From Methanotrichaceae archaeon (GTDB taxonomy: Archaea; Halobacteriota; Methanosarcinia; Methanotrichales; Methanotrichaceae), in NCBI GenBank assembly GCA_963813075.1, contig CAWEXU010000030.1, forward strand, positions 288,001 to 352,000: DNA of 64,000 nt, in the 5' to 3' direction. The notes below the pieces were generated by a model. That model was not told the DNA's origin, ran no database searches, and saw nothing but the letters and a program-made list of their open reading frames with translations. This document shows, piece by piece, positions 9,838-19,581 of this stretch. Position 1 is the first letter of the stretch. Each line of letters begins with the position of its first letter. The translations under genes were made by a program, and so were the position numbers.

Positions 9838-12186
9838 TCAGTAACAGCATTTTAATTCCTTGCTGCTGGTGGTGGCTTCCAGCTTGGCCAGGGATTGATA
9901 TAGAGAGCTATCATCGCAGGGCAGCCACTGCATGGATTGCAGCGTCTCTATATTCGTCGCCCTGGGAGCCTTGCCCACCACAATTATAGCCGAGGTGCTG
10001 GCCGATATGCTATCGTTGCCCTCGGTGGAGTTGCCGAAAACAAGGGCATCGGTTACGAACAGGCCGTCCCTTTCCGCCAGGGCCATGAAGCTGATCGTCC
10101 TCCTCCGGTTGGTATCGAGCTTCTTAATATTCCATTTGATCACCCCAGACTGGTTTTCCAGGGTGGGGGTGGTGGAGTTGATGAAGCTCATCCCCTCCGG
10201 GAGGAGCGCGGTGATGTTTGCGCTCATGTTGTAGCCGGCGGAGTTATTCAATATCAGCCGGTAGCTCACGATTCTCTCATTATCGGGGGAGACGGTAGCA
10301 GTGAAATCCAGGGGCAGCCTCCCCGGAGTACAGCCGCTCCAATCCACGTCCAATGTGGTGCTGTTGCTCACCCGGAGGTTGCGCTCCCGGAAAGTGCCCC
10401 GCGAGGGATAGACATATATGGTGTTCGCCCGCGCCCGGTTGGTATAATTGTCCCTTCGGGTGATGACCCGGAACTGCATATCGATCGTGGCCGATTCTCC
10501 TGAGCCCAGGGAGGCTATCGACCAGTTGCCGTAGCTCCGGGTAAGCTCTATCGGCTCTGTGGAAGAGCCAATGAAGCGCGTTCCTGAGGGGAAGGTGTCC
10601 CGGACATATATCGGGGCAAAGGTCCTGTTGCCATCGTTGACCACAGTGACGGAGAACCTGAGGACATCGCAGCGATCCGGATCGACATAACCCTGCTTGT
10701 ACACGGACATGTGGGGAGTGGTATACTCGGGGAGGACGGTGAATTTCCTCTCGATATTGTAGTTGCCCAAATATTCATCCTCGATAAAGGCCAGGTTTGT
10801 GGAGTTGTTATCCGGCCGGAAGACGGACTTGAGGCTGGCTTTTCCGGTGAAGCTGGAGGAGGTCCTCAGCTGATTCGGCCAGTTGACCTACCGCATCTTT
10901 TTCCATTCTCTCCAGGCTGGTATAGGACTCCTTTGCATAGAGGCCATTGGAGGTGTTCAGCCGCAGGCCCTCCTCCCACTTATGGGTGCGGTTCACATTG
11001 GTGCTGGGCGAGTAGGTATAGCCTGACGGGCGGAAGATCAGGCTCACGTCCTTTTTGGCAGAGTCGCCCGCCTCAATCAGCTCCTCTGCCCGGTAGCTTC
11101 CGCTGCCCCTCTCATAGGTGGAATAGTCCCGTTTCACCTTTTTATATACATCCACATATCCAGAAGATTCACCGTGGTGTTCACTGCTCTCTTGTAGTCA
11201 TTCAGTGAGATGCTCTCCTCGATCTCGAAGGCCCCCAGGTACTCCTCGGATAGCTTGAGCTCCTCGGAACAGTATTCGACATTGGTCCTGCCGGCGGAAT
11301 CCGAGCTGAGGTTCAGCTTTATAGACCCATAATCAGATCGGGACAGGACGTCCTTGGATATCGATGTGCCATAAGTGGTTGACTGTGCACCCCGTGATGC
11401 ATGCTCGCCACGATCTTCGCTGCCCTTGATCGCTGAGGATTCCGCCACTCTGGAGTCGTAGATTGTAGTCCTGTTGCCGGGCAACTGATGGAAGGTGCGG
11501 TTGTAGCGCATGGCGAGGTCATTTTTCCTCAGCTGGATGCTGCTGGTATTGGCGATCTGATTGAGGTCCATCCTCAATGATGCCTCGCTCTGGTAGGTGC
11601 CCGACCCATGCTCATGAGAGGTCACACTGCCGCCATCCGGCCCGACCGCACGGTCCTGCAGGTTGACATAACCGGTGCCGGTGACGCTGCCCTCCATATC
11701 GAATCTTAATGCTTTGCTCTCCACCTCTTCGCAGGGAACGCCAGAATTAGCGTCGCCGGGACTGGATTCCATGAACATCCATTCAGATCCGCCATCTGGA
11801 TACCGGCCCCAGGCGCAGCTATCCTCCTGGCTATCGAACAGACCGATGGTGCGATCCATCTCCCGATCCATATCATTCACAAGGACGATGACAGCGCCAA
11901 AGTTGTTGAGCCATTTCTCGCCGAAATTCATCAGATAAAAGCCATCCGGAGGGATGACGGTTCCCTCAGGGACGAACTCCTTTCTGGAAGTATCATCTCT
12001 GGACATGACCGCCCAGCCACTCACATCCACCTCATTCGAGTCGCTGTTGTATAATTCAACCCACTGGACCTCCACATCATCTTCCAGGTAATCCAGCTCC
12101 ACCTCGTTGATCACTACAGATCCAGCTGCCAGGGAAAAAATGCAGGGGAGCAGCGCCAGGAGGATGAAAATTTGTGTAGGCCTCAT
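9838..12186 (-). CDS. Secreted lamin-tail (LTD) plus DUF11-like domain protein, split by frameshifts
   Basis: VVINEVE..QWVELYN..VDVSGW..WGRYPDG (LTD); FSVTVVNDG..VRDTFPSG (DUF11-like). ORFs 11134-12186, 10808-11155 and 9838-10770 abut. Confidence 0.75.
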
Positions 12187-12537
12187 TGTTTCACTCTCAG
12201 TTAATATCTCCTAAAATAAAAGAATATCCCTACTATCTGTAAGGAATTGAGTGAGGAATATAATAGAAAAATACTCCGCGGATAAAGATATCCGCTATCA
12301 GGGAGCGCAGGACTGTTTCCGGATGCAGGCAGAATCATAGGCAAGAAAGCGGGCCAAATAGCATGCGGCTTGATCCGCACAATGAGAAAATCGTCCGGCA
12401 CCATACACAGAAAGAATTTATGCGCGAAGTTGATGAAGACTCTGATATTATATTCGCCGGCCGGTATGATTATGTCAAACATGGGCGATTCTAAAATGAC
12501 AAGGCTTAAATTTTCTTCATCCATTTCTTTGTCTGCC

Positions 12538-12990
12538 ATGCCAAAATTCACCAAAGATATGGTCTTAATAATTCATGAGGATCTGATAAGGACATGTGGA
12601 GAGGCACATGGAGTATTAGCTCTGTGATGAGGACAATTGATTTCATATTCGGAATACAAATTGATTCGACAAATGGAGTATTCGCAAAAGCGGCGTGGGC
12701 TCTTTATATGTCCCGTTATCATCCATTCTTTGATGCGAAATAAGGAAGATTCCACGTCTCTGCGAATTTACATTAGCGGCTACTCTTCGTACTCAAAATC
12801 GAACACATGGTAGTTGCGTACTAAATAGGAAGGCAAGAGGTCGAAGAAACGTAGATTCCTGTTTGATGCTCTCCACAAAATTTCGGATGCCAATGTTCCC
12901 TGTGACATTGAGAGGGTCGAAAAATGGCTAAAGAAGAAGAGCAGAATCTGGTGGAAGACTCACCAGAGAACGATACAGGACTATCTTTGA
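12538..12990 (+). pseudogene. Fic/Doc (death-on-curing) family toxin, multiply frameshifted
   Basis: MPKFTKDMVLIIHEDLIRTCGEAHGVL; VFAKAAWALYMSRYHPFFD (HPFFD at 12720-12734, then GNK if C12736 is removed); DIERVEKWLKKK C-terminus ending TGA at 12990. Confidence 0.75.
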
Positions 12991-13127
12991 GCGAGCCGCT
13001 TCAGCAGATTTCGATGGCATCTGGTGACATCTAAGTATGCATTGCGTATATCAGATGGCAAAGCTTCTAACTGCCTTAATCGATCTTCTTCGGAGATTCG
13101 TTCTCTCTGGGGTATGTGCTTATGCAA
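12981..13127 (-). CDS. 48-aa small protein, putative Doc antitoxin-like peptide
   Basis: SD-like AGGAGTGA 5 nt before TTG; MHKHIPQRERISEEDRLRQLEALPSDIRNAYLDVTRCHRNLLKRLAQR*. Confidence 0.55.
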   Translation of the reverse strand: MHKHIPQRERISEEDRLRQLEALPSDIRNAYLDVTRCHRNLLKRLAQR

Positions 13128-13414
13128 TCTAATCACTCCTGTGCATCAGATACGTATCCCGTATATAATACTGTATCACGTTATCGGGGAAAAGCTTTAT
13201 GGATTTCTGCATTTTCTTCTTTATCCCTCAATAGTAACCGAGCATAAATACAGCAAACCCCTTGCTCAGATCGCCCGCGAGAACAGCATCCATCCCAGTC
13301 TTTCCTGCCGGTGGCGAGATGAACTGGCCAAGAATCCCCAAAGACCAAACAGCGACAATAGCAACCGATGCATGTTGCCAAGCTTAAAAAGGCTGCGTGT
13401 TGATTTGCATTATA

Positions 13415-13486
13415 TGCGCCGATCGGGATTCGAACCCGAGTTTAGGCGTTGGCAACGCCTAGTGATAACCGCTACACTATCGGCGC
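13415..13486 (-). tRNA. tRNA-Gly(GCC)
   Basis: GCGCCGA acceptor stem, anticodon loop TTGCCAA, GGTTCGAATCC T-arm; no encoded CCA, no intron. Confidence 0.97.
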
Positions 13487-13626
13487 GGCGCTTGCGGGAA
13501 GCATCCCCACCAATAACCTTCTAGTCTAAAAACATTGCGGGCAGAATAGATCCCCCTGACGCCCTACCGCAAGGCTGCATACAGTTTATCTACTTTGAAG
13601 AGGGAGGAGGTTTATGGTGAATTCGC

Positions 13627-14526
13627 TTGTATGATGTGGTCATAGTAGGAGCAGGCCCGGCAGGGCTGACCGCCGCCATGTACTGCGCGAGAGGGGGGAA
13701 GAAGACGCTGGTTTTGGGCAGCATCTACAGCTCTCAGACCGCCATGGGTGGCCTTTACGAGAACTATCCCGGCTTTCCAGAGGGCATTAATGGCATAGAA
13801 CTCTCGGAGAGGATGCTTTCTCAGGCCCAGAAGTTCGGGGCAGAGAACCAGACCGAGCAGGTGGAGAAGATTGTGCCCCTGGGGGATTTCTTCCGCCTGA
13901 AGACCGAGAACTGGCAGTACGAGGCCAGGACGATCATCCTGGCCATGGGGGCCAGCCACCGCCAGATAGGTGTTTTGGGGGAGAAGGAGCTCACAGCCAG
14001 AGGTATCTCCTATTGCGTCCATTGCGATGGTGCACTATATCGGAACAGGTCGGTGGCGGTGATAGGCTACGGCAATGGAGCTGCCAGGGCGGTTCTCTAT
14101 CTGGCCAATATCGCGAACCGGGTCCAGCTCATTTCACCCAAAGATAAGCTGGTGGCAGAGCCGGTGTACTTGGATAGGATCAGGTCGCTCAATAACTATG
14201 CCGCCACCTTCGGCGCGGAGATCACCGAGATTCGAGGGGAAAAGTTCGTGGAAAGCGTGGAGTTCAAGGTGGGAGGGACCGCTCGCTCCCTGAAGGTCGA
14301 TGGAGTCTTCGTGGAGATGGGAATGAAGCCCAATGTGGAATTGGCAGAGAGCCTGGGACTGGATATGACCGCAGGCGGTTTTGTGAAGATCAACCGGCTA
14401 AACCAGGAGACGAGCATGCCCGGGGTATTCGCCGCCGGAGACCTGACCGGCGGACGGATGCAAGCGGCGACGGCTGTGGGTGCAGGTGCCTCTGCCGGAA
14501 TAAGCGCCCTGCAGTATCTCGGGTAG
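13627..14526 (+). CDS. trxB: Thioredoxin reductase-like FAD oxidoreductase
   Basis: GAGPAGLTAA, SYCVHCDG active site, GVFAAGD. Confidence 0.9.
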   Translation: MYDVVIVGAGPAGLTAAMYCARGGKKTLVLGSIYSSQTAMGGLYENYPGFPEGINGIELSERMLSQAQKFGAENQTEQVEKIVPLGDFFRLKTENWQYEARTIILAMGASHRQIGVLGEKELTARGISYCVHCDGALYRNRSVAVIGYGNGAARAVLYLANIANRVQLISPKDKLVAEPVYLDRIRSLNNYAATFGAEITEIRGEKFVESVEFKVGGTARSLKVDGVFVEMGMKPNVELAESLGLDMTAGGFVKINRLNQETSMPGVFAAGDLTGGRMQAATAVGAGASAGISALQYLG

Positions 14527-14544
14527 ACAACTAACGGGAAGAAG

Positions 14545-15504
14545 ATGACAAGATCTGAGGAAAGAAGGGACCCCAGAAGGCCGGTCAGCGTCTGGCGCTC
14601 CCAGGACCTGGTGGACGGGCTCCCGGCCCAGGCTCTGACCATGATCCTGCGCACCGTTGGATGCCGCTGGAACCGCTGCACCATGTGCGGCTATGCCGGC
14701 GAGGGTGCGCCCGCCTCGGCCGACGACCTGATCGTCCAGTTCGAGAGCGCCATGGAGAGGTGCTCACCCGAGGTGACAGTGGTCAAGATCTATACCAGCG
14801 GCAGCTTCCTGGACTCCGAGGAGATGCCGGCGGAAGCCAGGCAGGAGATCCTGCGCCGCCTGGAGAATGCGGGGATCAAGAAGCTGATCATTGAGACCCG
14901 GCCGGAGTACGTAACCCCCGCGGGGGTGGACGAGTGCCTCACTCACCTGCAGACCGAGTTTGCCATGGGCCTTGAAACTGCAAACGATCTCATCCGGGAG
15001 CAGCTCATCCGCAAGGGCTTTCTCTTCCAGGATTTCGTCCGCGCCTCGGAGATGGTGCACCGCCTGGGTGGAGGGGTTAAGGCCTACCTGCTCCTGAAGC
15101 CCCCTCACCTCACCGAGGGGCAGGCTTTGCGGGATGCCATAGCCTCTGCTCATGCGGCGCGCCCATATGCTGACATCATCTCCCTGAACCTGTGCAATGT
15201 GCAGCGCAATACCCTGGTGGAGAGGATGTGGGAGCGGGGTGAGTACAGGCCCCCCTGGCTGTGGTCCGCTCTGGAGGTGCTCAAAGCCTCCTCAGGCCCC
15301 ATCATCTGTGACCCGGTGGGCGCAGGCACCAGACGCGGCCCCCATAACTGCGGCCAGTGTGATGCCGCCCTGGCAGAGGCGATCAGGAAGCATGACCTCA
15401 CCCAGGATACCGGGCCCTTCGATGATCTGCACTGCCAGTGCAAGGAAACATGGCATAAGCTGATGGAGCTGGAGGAGCAATCCTTCGGCACCCCTCTCTG
15501 CTGA
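14545..15504 (+). CDS. raSEA: Archaeosine biosynthesis radical SAM protein RaSEA
   Basis: LRTVGCRW..CTMCGY, KIYTSGSFLD, ETRPE, YRPPWLWS, RGPHNCGQCD. Confidence 0.9.
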   Translation: MTRSEERRDPRRPVSVWRSQDLVDGLPAQALTMILRTVGCRWNRCTMCGYAGEGAPASADDLIVQFESAMERCSPEVTVVKIYTSGSFLDSEEMPAEARQEILRRLENAGIKKLIIETRPEYVTPAGVDECLTHLQTEFAMGLETANDLIREQLIRKGFLFQDFVRASEMVHRLGGGVKAYLLLKPPHLTEGQALRDAIASAHAARPYADIISLNLCNVQRNTLVERMWERGEYRPPWLWSALEVLKASSGPIICDPVGAGTRRGPHNCGQCDAALAEAIRKHDLTQDTGPFDDLHCQCKETWHKLMELEEQSFGTPLC

Positions 15505-15555
15505 AATAGATTGAAATATCAGGAAATGGAACTAATTCATTAAGGTGAGCTAGAA

Positions 15556-16419
15556 ATGTTTGAAAAGGTGTTAATCGCCACAGATTTCTCCAAACATGCC
15601 AAGAAAGTGATCGAATGCATCGGCGAAATGCCGGGATTGAAAGAGGTACTACTTCTTAATGTCATTTCTAGAGATCCGCTCGCCCGTGTCTGGGATCCGG
15701 TATCGGAGATAAAGGATATCGAAAAGAAGCTGGAAGAGGAGAAGAAGGCCATCGCTGCTCCAGGGGTAGCGGTTAAGGTCAAAGCGGTATCCGTCCTGGA
15801 GGGCGAGGTGGCAAGCGCCATCAATAAAGTGGCCATGGAGGAGAATGTCTCCCTGGTGGCCATGGGGGCACGGGGAAGGAGCCTGATCATGAGCACTCTG
15901 CTTGGAAGCTCTTCTCGCAATGTGCTTCGCTTCGGCAGGACGCACCTATTGATCATGCGCTACAAGACCCTGGATGATGATACCATGGAGAAGTACTGCG
16001 CCCGGGTCTTCGCCAAAGTTCTCTTCCCCACCGACCTTTCCCAGACATCTGAGGTCGCCCTCTCCTTCCTGAAAAACCTCTCGGGTATTGGAGAGATAGT
16101 GCTGCTCAATGTGGTATCCAAGGGCGAGACCGATGAGGAGATCCAGGCTGGGGTGGCTTCGGCCAAAAATAGGATCGAGGAGATCGCCCAGAACCTGAAG
16201 ATGGCGGGCATGCAGGTCTCATCCAAAGTGGTTGTAGGCCAGCCGACCGAGGTGATCAGATCGGAGGCCGAGAAAGAGGACGTCTCCCTGATTGCCATCA
16301 GCTCCCAGGGAGCTGCAGCCATAAAGAAGGGCAGAATAGGAAGCACTGCTTATGACGTGGCCAACTCCGCTTCCAGGCCGGTTCTGATATTGAGACAGGA
16401 GAAGATGGCTGCTTATTAG
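15556..16419 (+). CDS. Universal stress protein (two Usp domains)
   Basis: KVLIATDFS / KVLFPTDLS; MGARG..LLGS; GSTAYDV..PVLIL. Confidence 0.92.
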   Translation: MFEKVLIATDFSKHAKKVIECIGEMPGLKEVLLLNVISRDPLARVWDPVSEIKDIEKKLEEEKKAIAAPGVAVKVKAVSVLEGEVASAINKVAMEENVSLVAMGARGRSLIMSTLLGSSSRNVLRFGRTHLLIMRYKTLDDDTMEKYCARVFAKVLFPTDLSQTSEVALSFLKNLSGIGEIVLLNVVSKGETDEEIQAGVASAKNRIEEIAQNLKMAGMQVSSKVVVGQPTEVIRSEAEKEDVSLIAISSQGAAAIKKGRIGSTAYDVANSASRPVLILRQEKMAAY

Positions 16420-16630
16420 CCATTTTTCTTTTTTAACAATGGATCAGATCTCTAAAACCAGTTCAACGATGATATAATGCACATTGCAGCCATATACCTG
16501 CAAATACTGTACCATTTACTGCATTTTTTCTGGATACTTTGTTTTTCAAATATCTAACCAGATCCAGTCTTTGGCTGGGTGATCAAATCCGTTTGAGCCC
16601 TCAAAACAAAAACCAAAAGCATTTAATATT

Positions 16631-16810
16631 GGGTTGAGCATCTCAATCAGAGACTCTCCGGATAAGGGAGCCTGTCGATGCAGGAATGAAAGGAGCGGTC
16701 GTATGGTTTCGACATATAGAGAGCTTGACTGGAGTTGGGGCAAATGAATACATATTGCCGTACGACCAAAGCCATGAGCCCCAATGGCAGCCTCTGGCCT
16801 GCAGAGAAGG
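16631..16810 (+). promoter_or_regulatory. Structured 5' leader, candidate riboswitch (Na+-I/DUF1646-motif-like)
   Basis: Several hairpins and mutually exclusive pairings directly upstream of a DUF1646 gene; see findings. Confidence 0.5.
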
Positions 16811-16840
16811 AAACTGACAATATTGAAGATTTTGTAAATA

Positions 16841-17992
16841 TTGGAGGGAATATTTGTGCAATTTGACCCACTAGACATTGGTCTATTTATTATTGTGCTA
16901 GCCGTGCTTGTTGGACCATTCATGGTCAAGAAGATCGAACATAACCTGGAGGCCTTTCTTTTTGTCATGGGCGTTCTGGCAGTAACCATATCAAGCTTCT
17001 ACAGCAAGCCAGATCTTATGGAGACTCTGGGATACACAGAGCATCAGGTGGAGCTCATCGGCTGGAATATGGAGATAGTGATGGAGGCCATCAAAGAGCC
17101 GTTGATTAAGGGAATAGTTCCTGCGGTTCTCATAGCCGGCATAATCTTCCACTATGGCCGCTCCTATGCCCAGATGGCAATGAGTAAGATCACCAAAGTG
17201 GTCCCTATAAAGATCATCGTATTTCTGATCGTTGTCATTCTGGGATTGTCCTCCAGCGTAATAACGGCAATCATCGCCTCACTCCTCCTGGTGGAGCTAT
17301 TGAACTGCATGCCCTTTGACCGCAAGACCAAGATCAATCTGGTCATCATCGCCTGCTTCTCCATTGGTCTGGGAGCAGTTCTCACCCCGGTGGGCGAGCC
17401 GCTCTCCACCATCGCCATCACCAAGCTGCAGGGAGAGCCCTATAACGCCGGATTCTTCTTCCTGTTCAATCAGCTGGCAATATACATCATCCCCGGCTGC
17501 CTGGCCTTCGGCCTTCTGGCCATGTTCTTCACCGGCAAGGCCAAGCTCGCTGAGTGCATGGTCGCTGAGGAGGAGGACGGCGGCTTAAGAGAGGTAGTGA
17601 TCAGGGCAGGCAAGGTTTACATCTTCGTCATGGCCCTCCTGCTCCTGGGCTCGGGAATGAAGGTAGTGATAGACAAATATATCCTGGGTATAGCCCCCCA
17701 GATCCTCTACTGGGTGAACATGATCTCCGCCATATTGGATAATGCCACTCTGACTGCAGCTGAGATCAGCCCGGCCATGAGCATGGTCCAGATCCAGGCG
17801 GTTCTGATGGGACTGCTCATATCCGGCGGCATGCTGATCCCCGGCAACATCCCCAACATCATCTCTGCCGGAAAGCTGGGAATCACCAGCGGCGAGTGGG
17901 CAAAGCTTGGTGTGCCCCTGGGCTTAATCACCATGCTGATCTACTTCGTGTGGATCTTCTACATACCCTTCCACTTCGAGTTCCATCTCTAA
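16841..17992 (+). CDS. DUF1646 family membrane protein (putative cation transporter)
   Basis: KKIEHNLEAFLF, GAVLTPVGEPLSTI, SAILDNATLTAAEI, GGMLIPGNIPNIISA; many TM helices. Confidence 0.9.
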   Translation: MEGIFVQFDPLDIGLFIIVLAVLVGPFMVKKIEHNLEAFLFVMGVLAVTISSFYSKPDLMETLGYTEHQVELIGWNMEIVMEAIKEPLIKGIVPAVLIAGIIFHYGRSYAQMAMSKITKVVPIKIIVFLIVVILGLSSSVITAIIASLLLVELLNCMPFDRKTKINLVIIACFSIGLGAVLTPVGEPLSTIAITKLQGEPYNAGFFFLFNQLAIYIIPGCLAFGLLAMFFTGKAKLAECMVAEEEDGGLREVVIRAGKVYIFVMALLLLGSGMKVVIDKYILGIAPQILYWVNMISAILDNATLTAAEISPAMSMVQIQAVLMGLLISGGMLIPGNIPNIISAGKLGITSGEWAKLGVPLGLITMLIYFVWIFYIPFHFEFHL

Positions 17993-18154
17993 AGGCGATG
18001 ATCTGGTATCATCGCACCCTTTTTTCTTTGCCCAAGGCAGAAATCAATGATCCCCAGGGCATTTATTGGCGTAATTAAAATAACAAAATATCAAATAGAA
18101 TAATTGATCGAAGAAAGCTATCGAGATCAGCTATCAAGATCTATCTGGCCACCT

Positions 18155-18412
18155 TCAACGACGCACCTCATCATTCTCCCGCCTCTTCAGACCGGGAGTG
18201 GCGATGTACCAGCGCCCCTTCTTACCCTGGAGAAACTGCATAGCCTCCGGATAGTCGGAGAAGTAGTGAGATTCATTGCTCTCCAGGTTAATCACCGCCA
18301 CCCTCTCCTCCAGGACCAGCCCCTTCTTCTGCAGCAAGTCCTCTATCTCCTGGCGCAGCTTGCTTTTCTTTTTGATCAGGAGGTGCTCATTCTCAGTGCT
18401 ATTGTCCGACAT
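18155..18412 (-). CDS. Small hypothetical protein (85 aa)
   Basis: ATG 15 nt after the stop of the upstream minus-strand gene; protein-like composition. Confidence 0.6.
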   Translation of the reverse strand: MSDNSTENEHLLIKKKSKLRQEIEDLLQKKGLVLEERVAVINLESNESHYFSDYPEAMQFLQGKKGRWYIATPGLKRRENDEVRR

Positions 18413-18426
18413 CCCCACCGCATCCC

Positions 18427-18987
18427 TCAGATACGGGCGGGCCGGGCGTGATCCAGAGCCCACTTTATGTACTCCGCTGCCGGGAACTCATGCACCGTGG
18501 TGGCCACAATGAGCCCTTCACCGTGCCGGGCCATGACCAGAATGGCTCTGCCCTTATCGTCTTTTATCACTGTCTCGAAGCCCTCTCCCGGGATCAGGTA
18601 GCCGTCGCACTCCGGGGTGTCGGTGCAGATCAGGCAGGAGCAATCCCCCCCTGAGGGATTGACTCTCCGGGTGCTCATCTCGCAAATGTATTTCAGGGGG
18701 AGGGGCAGCCACTCATAGTTATGCTCCGGGACCAGAGGGCCGAACACCGTCAGCACCCCACCCTTCCTGACAAAGCTTTCTATATTCGATTTCATCCTCA
18801 GAAGGCTGGGAAGGGTCTGGGAATAATCCGGGTTGGCAAAGCCTGAGGGAATCATCACCATCCTGTACTGGGGCAAAAAGGGGCTTCCCAGAATGCTGGT
18901 AGACAGGAATTGATAGCTTGCCCCTACATCCTGAAAGAGCTTCTCGAAGAGCAAGGTTCTCTCGCCGATTAGTGCTATATCAGTCAT
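18427..18987 (-). CDS. Conserved hypothetical protein, class I glutamine amidotransferase-like fold suspected
   Basis: MIPSGFAN..FVRKGGVLTVFG..GEGLIVATTVHE. Confidence 0.7.
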   Translation of the reverse strand: MTDIALIGERTLLFEKLFQDVGASYQFLSTSILGSPFLPQYRMVMIPSGFANPDYSQTLPSLLRMKSNIESFVRKGGVLTVFGPLVPEHNYEWLPLPLKYICEMSTRRVNPSGGDCSCLICTDTPECDGYLIPGEGFETVIKDDKGRAILVMARHGEGLIVATTVHEFPAAEYIKWALDHARPARI

Positions 18988-19108
18988 ATGCTACTATATT
19001 CTGCCCCGGCAAAGGGAAAACCTTTATGGTTCCCACATCCCTGTCCTTATGATTTTCCTCCATAAAGCTTATTACTAAATATCAACTGTATTTTAACTGA
19101 GATTAAAT

Positions 19109-19531
19109 ATGGAACAGGAATTGATGCGGATAGGCGTCTCGCTGCCTGAGAAGCTCCTTTCGAGGTTTGACGAGATAATATTGAAGCGCGGCTACTCATC
19201 CCGGTCAGAGGGGATAAGGGATGCGATCAGAAACTACATCGTCCACTACGAATGGATGAGCGACGTGCAGGGGGAGAGGGTGGGAGTCATCACCCTGGTC
19301 TATTCCCATGCCCAAAGAGGCCTGGTGGAGAATCTGACGGAGATCCAGCATGAATCAGGCGATATCATCCAGTCCAGCCTTCATGTCCATCTGGACCACG
19401 ACAACTGCCTGGAGGTGATCGTCCTGCGAGGAGAGGGCAAGGATGTGAGAGTGGCAGCGGAGAAGATGATGTCCCTGAAGGGTGTAAAGCACGTCAAGCT
19501 GACCACCACCTCCATGGGAAAGGAGCTATAG
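19109..19531 (+). CDS. nikR: Nickel-responsive regulator NikR
   Basis: [21 protein letters not shown] domain; [11 protein letters not shown]i-binding motif. Confidence 0.97.
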   Translation: MEQELMRIGVSLPEKLLSRFDEIILKRGYSSRSEGIRDAIRNYIVHYEWMSDVQGERVGVITLVYSHAQRGLVENLTEIQHESGDIIQSSLHVHLDHDNCLEVIVLRGEGKDVRVAAEKMMSLKGVKHVKLTTTSMGKEL

Positions 19532-19581
19532 GCTCTTTATCGAAGCATGCATGCAAAGTGAAAGGCAATACCAATACCACA

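Noticed and set aside
12201..12554. 117-aa minus-strand ORF
   Set aside because: No recognisable motif; lies in AT-rich promoter-like DNA and overlaps the doc start.
13024..13524. 166-aa plus-strand ORF
   Set aside because: Runs antisense through tRNA-Gly; spurious.
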